Assembly: GCA_013334435.1 (NCBI GenBank)
Contig: JAAXXP010000001.1
Coordinates: 24,892-88,891 of the forward strand
DNA length: 64,000 nucleotides
Source: Chlorobiaceae bacterium
GTDB lineage: Bacteria; Bacteroidota; Chlorobiia; Chlorobiales; Chlorobiaceae
Direction: 5' to 3'
Of this stretch, positions 10,110-20,615 are shown piece after piece. A model generated the notes under the pieces. The model was not told the DNA's origin and did not search any database. It worked only from the letters and a program-made list of their open reading frames with translations. How positions within the stretch are numbered: the first letter of the stretch is position 1; every line of letters starts with the position of its first letter. Both the position numbers and the translations under genes were made by a program.

Positions 10110-11303
10110 ATGCAGAAAAAGACCTTGTCCGACATAGCGATCCAAGGTAAACGGGTGTTGATGCGTGTCGACTTCAACGTCCCCCTCGACGAAGACAAAA
10201 ACATTACCGACGACAAGAGAATTGTTGAAGCACTCCCCTCGATCAGAAAGGTCCTCGACAACGGCGGACGCCTGATCCTCATGTCGCACCTCGGACGTCC
10301 GAAAGGGAAACCGAATCCGGACTTCTCTCTTGCCCCCGCAGCGGCAAGACTTTCCAGCCTGCTCGAATGCCCGGTCGCGATGGCCGGAGACTGCATCGGA
10401 ACAGAAGTGATGCAGGAGGTGCTCGCCCTGCAGGACGGAGAAGTGATCATGCTTGAAAACCTGCGCTTCCACCCTGAAGAGGAAGCGAACGATCCCGATT
10501 TCGCCCGCGAGCTGGCGTCTCTTGGAGAAATTTACGTAAACGACGCGTTCGGAACCGCACACCGCGCTCATGCGTCAACCGAAGGCATCACCCGGTATGT
10601 CCAGACCGCCGTAGCGGGGTTCCTTATCGAGAAAGAGCTGAAATATCTCGGCAAAGCCCTTCAGGAGCCCGAACGGCCTTTTGTGGCGATTCTGGGGGGA
10701 TCGAAAATATCGGGCAAGATCGATGTTCTCGAAAATCTCTTCAACAAAGTCGATACCGTGCTTATCGGCGGCGCCATGATCTTCACTTTTTTCAAGGCGC
10801 AGGGGCTCGATACGGGAAACTCGCTGGTCGAAGACAACAAGCTTGAACTGGCTCTCAGCCTGATCAGCCAGGCAAGGGAGAAAAACATCAAGCTGCTGCT
10901 TCCCATGGATGTCATCGTAGCACCGAAGATCTCCGCAGATGCCGACAGCCGACCGGTATCGGTCGATGCCATACCCGAGGGGATGATCGGCGTGGATATC
11001 GGCCCTGAAACAAGAGAGGCCTTCCGCCGCGAAATTCTCGGAGCCCGCACGGTACTCTGGAACGGCCCGATGGGGGTATTCGAGATCGACCGGTTCGCAG
11101 AGGGGACCTTCGCCATTGCCGAAGCCATGTCGCAGGCCACCGCCGCCGGCGCGACCACGATTATCGGAGGTGGGGATTCCGCCGCCGCCGTTGCAAAAGC
11201 TGGGCTTTCGGACCTGATGACCCATATCTCCACCGGAGGAGGGGCAAGTCTCGAATTTCTTGAAGGAAAAGAACTTCCCGGAATCGCCGCGCTGAACGAT
11301 TAG
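10110..11303 (+). CDS. pgk: Phosphoglycerate kinase
   Basis: [26 protein letters not shown]..., with GGGDSAAAV and [15 protein letters not shown]. Start moved to the conserved M (ORF maximum 10062). Confidence 0.95.
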   Translation: MQKKTLSDIAIQGKRVLMRVDFNVPLDEDKNITDDKRIVEALPSIRKVLDNGGRLILMSHLGRPKGKPNPDFSLAPAAARLSSLLECPVAMAGDCIGTEVMQEVLALQDGEVIMLENLRFHPEEEANDPDFARELASLGEIYVNDAFGTAHRAHASTEGITRYVQTAVAGFLIEKELKYLGKALQEPERPFVAILGGSKISGKIDVLENLFNKVDTVLIGGAMIFTFFKAQGLDTGNSLVEDNKLELALSLISQAREKNIKLLLPMDVIVAPKISADADSRPVSVDAIPEGMIGVDIGPETREAFRREILGARTVLWNGPMGVFEIDRFAEGTFAIAEAMSQATAAGATTIIGGGDSAAAVAKAGLSDLMTHISTGGGASLEFLEGKELPGIAALND

Positions 11304-11392
11304 CCGCAGGCGCCCATTACATCACGATGAGATCAGCCAGGAAAAACCTGGCTGAACGGAAGAGAACCGGACCGGAAGAAGAATCGAATGCC

Positions 11393-12241
11393 ATGAGCTA
11401 TCAAAATCAGCCCTACAGCCCCGGGGGCTTCCAGGTTATGCCCCCGGCCATTAAAACCATCATTCTTGCCAATGTCGCGGTTTTTCTGCTGCAGACGCTG
11501 TTGCAGAACTCCCCCTTCGGAGGGCTGATTACCGCTGCGGGAGCACTGTGGCCCGTAGCATCGGCAAATCAGGACGGGCTCTCGTTCCAGATATGGCAGC
11601 CGGTAACCTATATGTTTCTGCACGGAAGCTTCGGGCATCTCTTTTTCAACATGTTCGCACTCTGGATTTTCGGCACCGAACTTGAAAATTACTGGGGCAC
11701 CAGGCAGTTCAACATCTACTACTTCGTCTGCGGCATCGGAGCCGCATTCATCAACCTGCTGACCACCATCGGAGACCCCTATCCTACCGTGGGGGCGTCG
11801 GGAGCGATCTACGGGGTGCTCCTTGCCTTCGGCATGATGTTCCCCGACCGTTACATCTTCCTGTATTTTCTGTTTCCCATCAAGGCAAAATATTTTGTTG
11901 CCGGGTATGCCTTTATCGAGTTTCTCTCCGGACTCGGCAGCAGAGCGATGGGAAGCGGCAGCAACATCGCTCACTTCGCCCATCTCGGAGGCATGCTGGT
12001 GGGGTTTCTGTATATCACCATCAGAAGACAGGGATGGTCGTTGCCGAAATGGCCCGGGCGGCGGTCAAATACTTCCCGTAAACAGGGCGGACAGGCCACC
12101 ATGCACCATATAGGCAAAAGCGGAACGGGCATGACGCAAGAGGAGGAGATCGATGCCATTCTCGACAAGATCTCCAGGCAGGGCTATGAATCGCTGACCG
12201 TGGAAGAAAAAAGGAAGCTGCTGAAAGCGGGAGGAAAATAA
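11393..12241 (+). CDS. Rhomboid-family intramembrane serine protease
   Basis: GASGAIYGV (catalytic Ser) and AHLGGMLVG (His), with multiple TM segments. Start at MSYQNQ is tentative (ORF maximum 11327). Confidence 0.85.
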   Translation: MSYQNQPYSPGGFQVMPPAIKTIILANVAVFLLQTLLQNSPFGGLITAAGALWPVASANQDGLSFQIWQPVTYMFLHGSFGHLFFNMFALWIFGTELENYWGTRQFNIYYFVCGIGAAFINLLTTIGDPYPTVGASGAIYGVLLAFGMMFPDRYIFLYFLFPIKAKYFVAGYAFIEFLSGLGSRAMGSGSNIAHFAHLGGMLVGFLYITIRRQGWSLPKWPGRRSNTSRKQGGQATMHHIGKSGTGMTQEEEIDAILDKISRQGYESLTVEEKRKLLKAGGK

Positions 12242-12243
12242 CC

Positions 12244-12696
12244 ATGAAAGAAGGAAACCGACTGTTCGCTTCGGCTAAACGGAAAGCCGGAACCCTCCTG
12301 AAAGACCCCGACAGAACAAAAAAACTGCTCGATGCGGCCTTCAGCCGCACCTACTCGGCAAAAAACGCTTCGCCGCTCTTCTCGCTGGGCGAGAAAATTC
12401 AGGCGGCCGTCCGCATGATCCGCTGCTACATCCAGAAAGAGTATGTCGATATCCCCTGGCAGACCATCGTTGCCCTGACTGCAGGCCTGATCTACTTCGT
12501 ATCCCCCTTCGACGCCCTGGCCGACTTCATACCGCTCCTGGGCTTTGCCGATGATGCCGCCGTCCTTACGGCCGTTCTGGCCTCGATCAACCAGGACCTC
12601 GAGCGGTTCCTCGCCTGGGAGCGCTCAAAACGCGACGGTGCAGAATCCACCCCCTACGAAATCATCGAGACAGAAGAGAGCGCATCTCAGAACTGA
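12244..12696 (+). CDS. YkvA/DUF1232 family membrane protein
   Basis: LIYFVSPFDALADFIPLLGFADDAAVL is the DUF1232 signature. Confidence 0.7.
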   Translation: MKEGNRLFASAKRKAGTLLKDPDRTKKLLDAAFSRTYSAKNASPLFSLGEKIQAAVRMIRCYIQKEYVDIPWQTIVALTAGLIYFVSPFDALADFIPLLGFADDAAVLTAVLASINQDLERFLAWERSKRDGAESTPYEIIETEESASQN

Positions 12697-14138
12697 GCGG
12701 TTTTCTGAAAGCAGGCTACGCTTTCAATATGCACGGTATGCGGGAACATATCGACCGGCTGAACCGAAACGAGCCTGTAGCCGCTGCGGCATATCTCCCG
12801 GCCGTCTCTTGCAAGATTCGATGGGTTGCAGCTGACGTAGACAATCGTGCGGGCTCCGAGCTTCAGCATGGTTTCAAGCGCTTTCGGGTGCATGCCGGCT
12901 CGCGGCGGGTCGGTGACGATCACTCCGGGAGAGTCGTAGCTTTCGAGTTTCTGCAGCATGGTGTGAAAATCCTTGAGATCAGCCTGGAAAAACACGGCAT
13001 TGCCGATGCCGTTGAGCGAAGCGTTGAGAGCGGCATCCGTGAGCGAGCTTTCGACAACCTCGATGCCTATCGCCTGTCGGCAGTGCCGGGCAAGATAGAG
13101 CGTAATGGTCCCTGTTCCGCAGTAGAGATCGTACACGGTATCCTCCGGCTCGATTCCTGCCACCTTGAGAATCTCGCTGTACAGCACCGCCGCCTGCGAG
13201 GAGTTGGTCTGAAAAAACGAATTCGCCGAAACCCTGAAATCCAGATCCCCGAGCCGTTCAGACAGAGAACCCTCACCCGACACCATGAACTCCTGCTCTC
13301 CTACGGCAACAGTGTTCTTTTTCGAGGTGACATTGTTCACAATGGTCATATCCTGGCCGGGAAGAGCGGCTTCAAGGAAATCCGCATAACGCCGCATCAG
13401 TTCCCGGTCATGCCATGAGGTAACCAGATTGACCATAAGCCTGCCGTTATGCTCGCTCGAGCGCAGTACCAGATTCCTCAGAAAGCCACTGTGCGCCTTG
13501 ACGGCATAAGGAGTCATTCCCTGTTCGAGTGCAAAGGTCCGGGTCAGGCGGAGCACCTGGTTCATCGGCTCGTTGGCCAGGTAGCAGTAGTCGATATCGA
13601 GCACTTTCTCGTAGTTTCCTGGGGCATGAAATCCCAGGGCAAAGTCCCTGGAACGTTCGAGACGTTCCTGCGAAAGTTCTTCAGGCATGAGATAGCGGAT
13701 GCTCGAACAGGAAAATTCGACCTTGTTCCGGTAATGAAACGATGACCGGGCAGGAAGAACCGGCAGGACAGGGAGATCGGCAAACCCTCCGATATGCACA
13801 AGGTCGTCGGTGACTTTCTTCTTCTTGTAACGCAACTGGGCCTCGTAGGATATATGCATGAGTTTGCATCCCCCGCAGACCCCGAAATACGGACATGGAG
13901 GCTCCTCCCTGTCGGGAGAACGAGCGATAACCTCCATGGCCTGCGCATCGATGTACCGCTGTTTCACCTTTCTGACAAGCGCCCTGACCCGGTCTCCGGG
14001 AGCAAGCATGCCGGTGACCATGACACTGAGACCGCTCTGAAGACGCCCGAAACACTGATCCTTGTCGGCAAAATCGGTAACCGTCAGTTCTATGATATCG
14101 CCTTTTTTCATGGAGGAGCTGTCCATACATTTCAACAA
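12687..14138 (-). CDS. 23S rRNA (uracil-5)-methyltransferase, RumA/RlmD type
   Basis: TRAM-like N-terminus, Fe-S Cys cluster CPYFGVCGGCKLMH, SAM-MTase motifs (DLYCGTGT, TDPPRAG) and catalytic SCNP. Confidence 0.85.
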   Translation of the reverse strand: MLKCMDSSSMKKGDIIELTVTDFADKDQCFGRLQSGLSVMVTGMLAPGDRVRALVRKVKQRYIDAQAMEVIARSPDREEPPCPYFGVCGGCKLMHISYEAQLRYKKKKVTDDLVHIGGFADLPVLPVLPARSSFHYRNKVEFSCSSIRYLMPEELSQERLERSRDFALGFHAPGNYEKVLDIDYCYLANEPMNQVLRLTRTFALEQGMTPYAVKAHSGFLRNLVLRSSEHNGRLMVNLVTSWHDRELMRRYADFLEAALPGQDMTIVNNVTSKKNTVAVGEQEFMVSGEGSLSERLGDLDFRVSANSFFQTNSSQAAVLYSEILKVAGIEPEDTVYDLYCGTGTITLYLARHCRQAIGIEVVESSLTDAALNASLNGIGNAVFFQADLKDFHTMLQKLESYDSPGVIVTDPPRAGMHPKALETMLKLGARTIVYVSCNPSNLARDGREICRSGYRLVSVQPVDMFPHTVHIESVACFQKTAQF

Positions 14139-15053
14139 TTAATGCTTCACGGTCAGCAGCGCTGCACCGAATACCCCCGCGCTGTCTCCCAGCTGCGGTT
14201 TTAATAATGGAATCATGAGGCGGGCGCTGAAAAGATACCGCTCGATCAGCGCAACGGTCTCCTGCGAATAGAGCCTGCCGATGGCGCCCACCCCGCCGCC
14301 TATAATGCAGCAGTCCGGATCGAGAATATTGAGCACCGGACCAAGAGCCCTGGAAAACTGGACGGTCAGGCGCCCGAGTGTCGCTTCTGCCGCCTCATCG
14401 CGATCGGCCATTCCGGCAATCTCCCGCAGCGTCCTTGAACTTCCGGTAAGCGAGCAATAGTAGCGTTCGAGCGCCGGACCTGAAATAACCGTCTCGACAC
14501 ACCCTCTCTTTCCGCAGTAGCACGGCTCTCCGTCCGGAAGAAGCTCGTTATGCCCCCATTCGCCTGCAATGCCGTGCGCGCCGTGCAGCATCCTGCCGCC
14601 GCACACGATGCCGCCACCCACACCGGTGCCGAGAATCATGCCGAAAGCCGTCCCGCCCCTCTCCCTGACGATCTCCCTGCCGGCGCCAAGCATCGATTCA
14701 GCCAGAGCGAAGCAGTTTGCGTCATTCTCGATCACCACGTCACGTCCGAGAAGCTTCTCGAGATCGCATTTCAGATCACGACCGTTCAGACTGAGCGTAT
14801 TGGAGTTCCTGATCCGGCCAGAAACCGGTTCATACCTGCCGGGGGTGCCAATGCCGATCACCCGGGGAAGCGGAACCCCTGACTCCTTTGACATCATCGA
14901 AACCAGGCCCGCGATCCTCCCTGCAATGTGTTCGTACCCCCCCTCCGCCTCGGTAGGTATGCGTCTGCGGAGCAGCGGCCTCATCATGCTGTCGGTCAGA
15001 ACAGCCTCCATCTTGGTGCCGCCGAGATCGATGCCCAGATAAGCGTCACTCAT
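14139..15053 (-). CDS. ROK-family sugar kinase (N-acetylglucosamine / glucokinase-like)
   Basis: LGIDLGGTK, the ROK signature, and the Zn motif CYCGKRGC. Start set at MSDAYLGIDLGG, which gives an ATGA overlap with the upstream PAP2 stop; the ORF track extends it spuriously to 15374. Confidence 0.85.
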   Translation of the reverse strand: MSDAYLGIDLGGTKMEAVLTDSMMRPLLRRRIPTEAEGGYEHIAGRIAGLVSMMSKESGVPLPRVIGIGTPGRYEPVSGRIRNSNTLSLNGRDLKCDLEKLLGRDVVIENDANCFALAESMLGAGREIVRERGGTAFGMILGTGVGGGIVCGGRMLHGAHGIAGEWGHNELLPDGEPCYCGKRGCVETVISGPALERYYCSLTGSSRTLREIAGMADRDEAAEATLGRLTVQFSRALGPVLNILDPDCCIIGGGVGAIGRLYSQETVALIERYLFSARLMIPLLKPQLGDSAGVFGAALLTVKH

Positions 15054-15652
15054 GGCTTCAAAGGCCTCCGGCCGGATAAAAAACGTGGCTGAATCACATT
15101 CTTGAACAGCCAGGAAAGAGCCAGATAGACCAGCCCGGCGCTCGCGCAGCCGATCATCATGCCTGCAAGCACATCGCCCGGATAATGCACGCCAACATAA
15201 ATTCTCGAATAGCCGATCAGAAAAGCATAGAGAACCATCACCGCGCTGAACAGCCGCTCGACAGGTTCTCCGCGACGAAAAAAAATCCAGATCATCGAAG
15301 CAACGGCCGCCGAATTTGCGGCATGTGACGATGCGAACGAATAGGAATGAGACTGGTCGATCAGGAGACGGCACCCCTGCAGGGCAAAACAGGGCCGGAT
15401 GCGCTGAAAAAGCGGCTTGAGGATACCGGAGGCGGTGTAGTCGGCAAGGCCGACGGCAAGCAGCGTGAAAAGCAGCACAACGAAGGCGCCACGCTGTTTT
15501 CTGATGATGATAAACAGCGCGGCCAACAGAAAAATGTGCGAGGAGAGCCTGAAGGTGGTAAGAAACACCATCAGATCATCGAGAGCCGGATGCACCATGA
15601 TCTGGTTTATCCAGCGGAAAATCCCGGCATCGATCTCTCCGCCCAGCTCCAT
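15050..15652 (-). CDS. PAP2-family lipid phosphatase
   Basis: 200 aa, multi-TM, with PAP2 motifs KPLFQRIRP, SFASSHA and SRIYVGVHYPGDV. Confidence 0.85.
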   Translation of the reverse strand: MELGGEIDAGIFRWINQIMVHPALDDLMVFLTTFRLSSHIFLLAALFIIIRKQRGAFVVLLFTLLAVGLADYTASGILKPLFQRIRPCFALQGCRLLIDQSHSYSFASSHAANSAAVASMIWIFFRRGEPVERLFSAVMVLYAFLIGYSRIYVGVHYPGDVLAGMMIGCASAGLVYLALSWLFKNVIQPRFLSGRRPLKP

Positions 15653-15658
15653 AATGCC

Positions 15659-17419
15659 TTACTTTTTAGCGCTCCCTTTCCTCTTTTTCGGAGCGACGGC
15701 TGCAGCGGCTGCCGCAAGGGCTGCCTGAGGCACATCATCGGACGATGTAGTGGAATTGATGTAGAACTGCTGGACGACGCTGAAAATATTGAACATCAGG
15801 TAATACAGACCGAGACCTGCCGGAAGGTTATTGAAAAACAGAAGCATCATGACCGGAAAAACATAGAGCATAACCTTCATCTGCTCATTGCTCTGGGTGG
15901 TCGGCGTGATTTTCTGCTGTATGAATACCGTTATACCCATAAGAATCGGAAAAATCGCGATATGGTCTCCGTAGACCGGAATGCTGAACCCGAAGTCAAG
16001 AATGGAATCGGGAACCGAAAGATCCTTCGCCCAGAGAAATCCATGGTGGCGAAGCTGAATCGAGGAGCGGAACACATAGAACATCGCAAACAGAAGCGGC
16101 ATCTGAAGCACCACTGGAAGACATCCTCCGAGCGGGTTGACCCCCGCCTCCTTGTAGATACGGCCAAGCTCGCTCTGCAGCTTCGCGGGATTATCCTTGT
16201 ATTTATCCTGGAGCTCCTTGAGGAGAGGCTGCAGGGCGGCCATTTTTTTCATGGACTTCGTCGATGCCATCGACAGCGGATAGGTAACCAGCTTGATGAG
16301 CAGGGCGAAGATAATGATGATCAGGCCATAGTTGCTCACAAAACCGTTCATCCAGGTAAAAACCGGCAGAATGACATACTCCGCAACCGGCCTGGTAAGC
16401 CAGTCCCACCCAAAATCCATGATTTTTTCAAGACCGGCGCCAAGAGTTTTGACGGTATTGTAATCGAGAGGCCCGATATACAGGGTATAGTGGTCACGGG
16501 CAACACTCCCGGTTGACGGAACACCCATCTTGAGCGATGCGAGATAGTTCTCGAAATGTCCTGAACCCCTTTTTCCTTCGAGGTAAATGCCGTCGGTTTT
16601 GCTTCCGGGAATCAGTGCCGCTGCAAAATACTTGTTGCGCACGGCAACCCAGCCAGCCTCGCCTGACTGCTCCTCTCGATAGGACTGGTTCTCCTTGGAG
16701 GCATCGATCTTCACCAGGCTGCCTCCGAGATAGGCGCTGGCGAGCGCGTTGTGCGATTCATCCTCCCTGTTTTTTTCCGAATAGGTCAGTCCTCCGTCCC
16801 ACTGAAGCTGATACTCATTGCCTGCAAGGGCATTATTGAAGCCGGTAAGCTTTACATCGTAGTCAACCTTGTAGCTGTTTCCGGAAAAGCGGTAGGTGAT
16901 ATCGATTGCCTGTTTCGGGCCGACATCGAGCCGGTATGCTATTACCGCACTCTGGGCGCCGCTCAGCGAAGTGCGTTTTTCGGTGAACAGTGGCCTGAAA
17001 TACAGATCCCTGGTATCGATTTTTATGCCCTCGTTACTGAGGAAGAGAAGAGAGAGCGCCCCTTTGTCCTCGTCACTGACAAGATTGAAGGGCTGCAGCT
17101 TGCCGTCGAGATGTTTCTTGAGTACCACCGACTTGATGGTGGCTCCTTTCGAGGAGAGCGTGACCGTAAAGAGATCGTTGTCAACCTTCACCAGCTCTTC
17201 GCGGCCGCTGGAAACCGAAGCGAAAGCGCCGAACGCATCGGAGGCAGGCTTCAGCACTGCCGGCGCAGCTTTTTCGATACCGGGACCGGCAAGTTCCGTT
17301 TGTGAACTGCGCGGCGGCTTATTCTCCTGAAGAGCCTTTTTTTCCGGCGACATAAACTGCAGCCAGACAATCATGATCAAAGCAATCAGCGCAAGACCTG
17401 TCACTGAATTTCTATCCAT
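15659..17419 (-). CDS. yidC: Membrane protein insertase YidC
   Basis: 586 aa with an N-terminal TM segment, a large periplasmic domain and a C-terminal Oxa1 core. Conserved rnpA-yidD-yidC order. Confidence 0.93.
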   Translation of the reverse strand: MDRNSVTGLALIALIMIVWLQFMSPEKKALQENKPPRSSQTELAGPGIEKAAPAVLKPASDAFGAFASVSSGREELVKVDNDLFTVTLSSKGATIKSVVLKKHLDGKLQPFNLVSDEDKGALSLLFLSNEGIKIDTRDLYFRPLFTEKRTSLSGAQSAVIAYRLDVGPKQAIDITYRFSGNSYKVDYDVKLTGFNNALAGNEYQLQWDGGLTYSEKNREDESHNALASAYLGGSLVKIDASKENQSYREEQSGEAGWVAVRNKYFAAALIPGSKTDGIYLEGKRGSGHFENYLASLKMGVPSTGSVARDHYTLYIGPLDYNTVKTLGAGLEKIMDFGWDWLTRPVAEYVILPVFTWMNGFVSNYGLIIIIFALLIKLVTYPLSMASTKSMKKMAALQPLLKELQDKYKDNPAKLQSELGRIYKEAGVNPLGGCLPVVLQMPLLFAMFYVFRSSIQLRHHGFLWAKDLSVPDSILDFGFSIPVYGDHIAIFPILMGITVFIQQKITPTTQSNEQMKVMLYVFPVMMLLFFNNLPAGLGLYYLMFNIFSVVQQFYINSTTSSDDVPQAALAAAAAAVAPKKRKGSAKK

Positions 17420-17711
17420 TGTCGCCTTCTTTTAAGTTGTCCGGTTTTCTGCCTGATTGTAACGGCACCGGATCATAACCACCTTTTGAAAAAGGATTAC
17501 AGCGAAGTATCCTCCATATGGTCAGCCATGATGCATAAAAAAAATTGTGCGCATCGTACGCCTCAAGGGCGTACTGCGAACAGGTAGGGTAATATCTGCA
17601 GGAGGGGCCGAGCAGGGGTGAAAGGTAGGCGCGGTAAAACCTGATCAATGCCATTGGCACCAGATTTACTATCCTCCTCAGTGACATGCTCTCCATGATT
17701 AAATGCTCCAT
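17412..17711 (-). CDS. yidD: Membrane protein insertion efficiency factor YidD
   Basis: [30 protein letters not shown]...[14 protein letters not shown]. The N-terminal start is uncertain. 8-nt overlap with yidC. Confidence 0.9.
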   Translation of the reverse strand: MEHLIMESMSLRRIVNLVPMALIRFYRAYLSPLLGPSCRYYPTCSQYALEAYDAHNFFYASWLTIWRILRCNPFSKGGYDPVPLQSGRKPDNLKEGDNG

Positions 17712-17771
17712 GACAAAACAGCTCGACAGCCTTCGAAACCGGAAATCCTGCGTCGGCAGCCTTACTATAAT

Positions 17772-18188
17772 TCAGCTGCTTCTGATAGTACGTAATAATC
17801 TTCTGATTTCCCCTTGCAAAACGGCGAAGTCCGGAAACCTTTCACCGGGTCCCGTGTAGATAACCGCAACACAGAACCTCCCTCTGCAGCGCTCTTCGCC
17901 ATCAGTCCGTATACTTGTCTGCAGGACACCTTTTTCCTGTCGGTATGCCTCTCTCATCAGCCGCTTTATCCTGTTCCGTCTTGCCGCATCGGGCACGATT
18001 TTACGGCTCACGGCAAACAGAACGCCAAGCGGAGCCTCACCGGAAGAGCTTCCGTTTCCGACATACGAGTAAACAACCCTGACATACTCCCCCTTCAGTT
18101 TTTTCCGGCTCCTGAAAAGTTCGGCTATCTGCTGCTTTTTTCTCAGTATCTCATGCTTTCGCAGTGAATTGACATGCACTATGCTCAA
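17772..18188 (-). CDS. rnpA: Ribonuclease P protein component
   Basis: 138 aa, basic, with the RNR-like motif ARRNRIKRLMREAYR. Located downstream of rpmH. Confidence 0.88.
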   Translation of the reverse strand: MSIVHVNSLRKHEILRKKQQIAELFRSRKKLKGEYVRVVYSYVGNGSSSGEAPLGVLFAVSRKIVPDAARRNRIKRLMREAYRQEKGVLQTSIRTDGEERCRGRFCVAVIYTGPGERFPDFAVLQGEIRRLLRTIRSS

Positions 18189-18247
18189 GGCGTAAAAAAG
18201 CGGAGTTGAGTAAACCGGGACCCCTCTACAGGCTTCTTATGAGAAAA

Positions 18248-18409
18248 TTATTTTACCGCCGTGCCCATTTCGCAGCTTACGGAAAGACGATGACGGCCTT
18301 TCGCCCTTCTTGAAGCAAGAACCCTGCGGCCGTTTTTCGTGGCCATCCTCTGTCTGAATCCGTGCTTGTTCCTTCTTTTTCTATTGCTAGGCTGAAATGT
18401 TCTTTTCAT
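18248..18409 (-). CDS. rpmH: 50S ribosomal protein L34
   Basis: Manual translation: [53 protein letters not shown] (53 aa, below the ORF-track cutoff). Canonical L34 N-terminus. Confidence 0.93.
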   Translation of the reverse strand: MKRTFQPSNRKRRNKHGFRQRMATKNGRRVLASRRAKGRHRLSVSCEMGTAVK

Positions 18410-18851
18410 CGCTCGTTACTCCGGACGTTTTGAGATAAAGTAAAAAATCTGGGCTCCCAATGTAGCATATTATACGCTTATTCGCAAATGGCCGAACAAC
18501 CACCCCAAGGCGGCCGCCATGCTGAAAAAAAATCGCAGAATCAATTTCCGCCACAAGCTACCAGCAGTGTTGATAACTTGTGGATAAAAAAATCTCATAC
18601 CCCCGAAACCCAGATAACGCACAGAACCGCAATCATCAACAGGTGTGGATAAAAAATATGCCCGTATCTTATAAGTAAAAAAATAAAAACAAGATAGCCT
18701 GTTGATAACTCCCGCTTCACATCCGGAAATCTCTCGGTGATTTTTCCACATGCAAATTGTTTTTTATCCACCGAAAACACTAACTTGTACACATTCAATG
18801 TTGATAGATTTGTTCTTTTCCCTGTTTCCCCCCCTACAAATTTAGCTCTGT
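18410..18851. other. Candidate oriC part 1: DnaA-box cluster plus AT-rich stretch between rpmH and dnaA
   Basis: TGTGGATAA (perfect reverse complement of TTATCCACA) at 18579 and 18644. TGTTGATAA at 18568 and 18700. TTTTCCACA at 18742 and TTATCCACC at 18764. AT-rich run at 18653-18699. Confidence 0.75.
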
Positions 18852-20327
18852 ATGCCCGAAACAATCACAAAAGTACAAACCGGAGTCCCCATCAATAAGC
18901 ACCTGAAAAGCGCTTCTTTAGAGCATCAGGTGTGGTCGTCATGCCTCGACACAATAAAGGACAAAATCAATCCCCTCGCGTTCAAAACCTGGTTTCTTCC
19001 CATAAAGCCCGTCGGTTTTTCCGGCAATGAGCTGACCATCGAGGTTCCCAGCCAGTTCTTTTACGAATGGATCGAGGAAAACTACTCCTCCTATCTGAAA
19101 CAGACGCTGAAGGAGGTCATCGGTCCCGAAGCGAAGCTCATGTACTCGATTGTCATGGATAAATCCCAGGGACAGCCGGTTACCATAGAGCTGCCTCACC
19201 AGAACAGCCTGTCCGACGAATGTCTTCCTGAAAAACAGGAAAAACCATGCAATGCGGCAAACCAGCAGGATTTCCAGCGCAATCTCATGCGTTTCGAAAC
19301 GCATCTGAACACGAAATACACCTTTGAAACGCTCATCAGGGGAGACTGCAATTCCCTGGCTTTTGCCGCCTCGAAATCCATCGCACAGAATCCCGGACAG
19401 AACGCCTTCAATCCCCTGGTGATATACGGCGGTGTCGGACTCGGCAAAACCCACATGATCCAGGCCATAGGAAACAGTGTTCGGGCCAACTGCCTCTCCG
19501 AAAAGGTACTGTATGTTTCAAGCGAAAAATTTGCCATCGATTTCGTCAACGCCATCCAGAACGGCAAAATCCAGGAATTCTCCTCGTTTTACCGCACCAT
19601 CGACGTTCTGATCATCGACGACATCCAGTTCTTTGCCGGCAAGGAGAAAACCCAGGAAGAAATTTTTCACATCTTCAACACCCTGCATCAGTCCAACAAG
19701 CAGATCATCCTCTCTGCGGACCGCCCCATAAAAGAGATCAAGGGCATTGAAGATCGTCTGATATCACGGTTCAACTGGGGACTTTCCGCCGATATTCAGC
19801 CGCCGGACTACGAAACGAGAAAAGCCATCATTCTCAGCAAGCTGCATCAGAGCGGCGTCAATCTTGACGATACCGTCATTGAATTCATAGCCACCAATGT
19901 TACCGAAAACGTCCGGGAGCTCGAGGGGTGCATCGTCAAACTGCTCGCCGCCCAGTCGCTGGACAATCAGGAAATCGATCTGCAGTTCACCAAATCCACC
20001 CTGAAGGACATCATCAGGCATACAACCAAGCAGCTGACGCTCGACACCATTGAAAAAGCGGTCTGCTCGTTCTACAGCATCACCCCGAACGATCTCAAGG
20101 GAAAATCAAAGAAGAAAGAGATCGCCGCCGGCCGGCAGATGGCCATGTATCTCGGAAAACTTCTTACGGATTCTTCACTTAAAACCATCGGCCTGCATTT
20201 TGGCGGACGCGATCATTCGACGGTCATTCATGCTCTCAATACCATAGAGAAGCGGGTCGAAGGTGTCGGAGACGAAAGAAAAAAAATCGAGGAACTGAAA
20301 AAGAGGATCGAGATACTCTCGATGTAA
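18852..20327 (+). CDS. dnaA: Chromosomal replication initiator DnaA
   Basis: 491 aa with Walker [11 protein letters not shown], an AAA+ core, and a C-terminal DNA-binding region ([11 protein letters not shown]). Confidence 0.97.
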   Translation: MPETITKVQTGVPINKHLKSASLEHQVWSSCLDTIKDKINPLAFKTWFLPIKPVGFSGNELTIEVPSQFFYEWIEENYSSYLKQTLKEVIGPEAKLMYSIVMDKSQGQPVTIELPHQNSLSDECLPEKQEKPCNAANQQDFQRNLMRFETHLNTKYTFETLIRGDCNSLAFAASKSIAQNPGQNAFNPLVIYGGVGLGKTHMIQAIGNSVRANCLSEKVLYVSSEKFAIDFVNAIQNGKIQEFSSFYRTIDVLIIDDIQFFAGKEKTQEEIFHIFNTLHQSNKQIILSADRPIKEIKGIEDRLISRFNWGLSADIQPPDYETRKAIILSKLHQSGVNLDDTVIEFIATNVTENVRELEGCIVKLLAAQSLDNQEIDLQFTKSTLKDIIRHTTKQLTLDTIEKAVCSFYSITPNDLKGKSKKKEIAAGRQMAMYLGKLLTDSSLKTIGLHFGGRDHSTVIHALNTIEKRVEGVGDERKKIEELKKRIEILSM

Positions 20328-20615
20328 GACAGGAATCCGCCCTGTGCACTACCTGTTGATTCGGTGTGGGTGCACTGTTGATAACAGGCGGGTTGCCAAC
20401 AGTGCGGTACGGCGAAAAAAATGAACCAACAATCGGCCAACAGCGCACCCCTCCGGCAACAAACAGGTTATCAACAGTCCGGAAGTGTGTGGAAAATTTT
20501 TTAACCTCCTGTATAAGAACGGGTTATTGTGAATTCCGTATGGGTTGTCAAGATTTCCACACTTACAACAATAACAACAATTTTTTTAAACATTATTAAA
20601 TAGTTAAAGAGTACG
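20328..20615. other. Second DnaA-box cluster plus AT-rich stretch in the dnaA-dnaN spacer
   Basis: TGTTGATTC at 20354, TGTTGATAA at 20376, TTATCAACA at 20468, TGTGGAAAA at 20488, ATTTCCACA at 20553. AT-rich at 20561-20612. Confidence 0.6.

Noticed and set aside
15054-15374. 107-codon N-terminal extension of the ROK kinase ORF.
   Set aside because: The extension overlaps the 3-prime end of the PAP2 gene in another frame and has no similarity to ROK N-termini. The conserved LGIDLGGTK motif follows directly after the internal Met, which also creates a typical ATGA stop-start overlap.
15347-16516. 389-aa plus-strand ORF and similar long shadow ORFs at 2263-3384, 4938-5960, 37047-38063, 39581-40312, 41363-42214, 44777-45865, 46408-47424 and 49205-49921.
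   Set aside because: All sit inside and opposite (or out of frame with) well-supported housekeeping genes: yidC/PAP2, murE, ftsI, gyrB, rng, dapD, bchP, glyQS and atpD. They give Arg/Gly/Pro-rich nonsense. I treated them as shadow ORFs.
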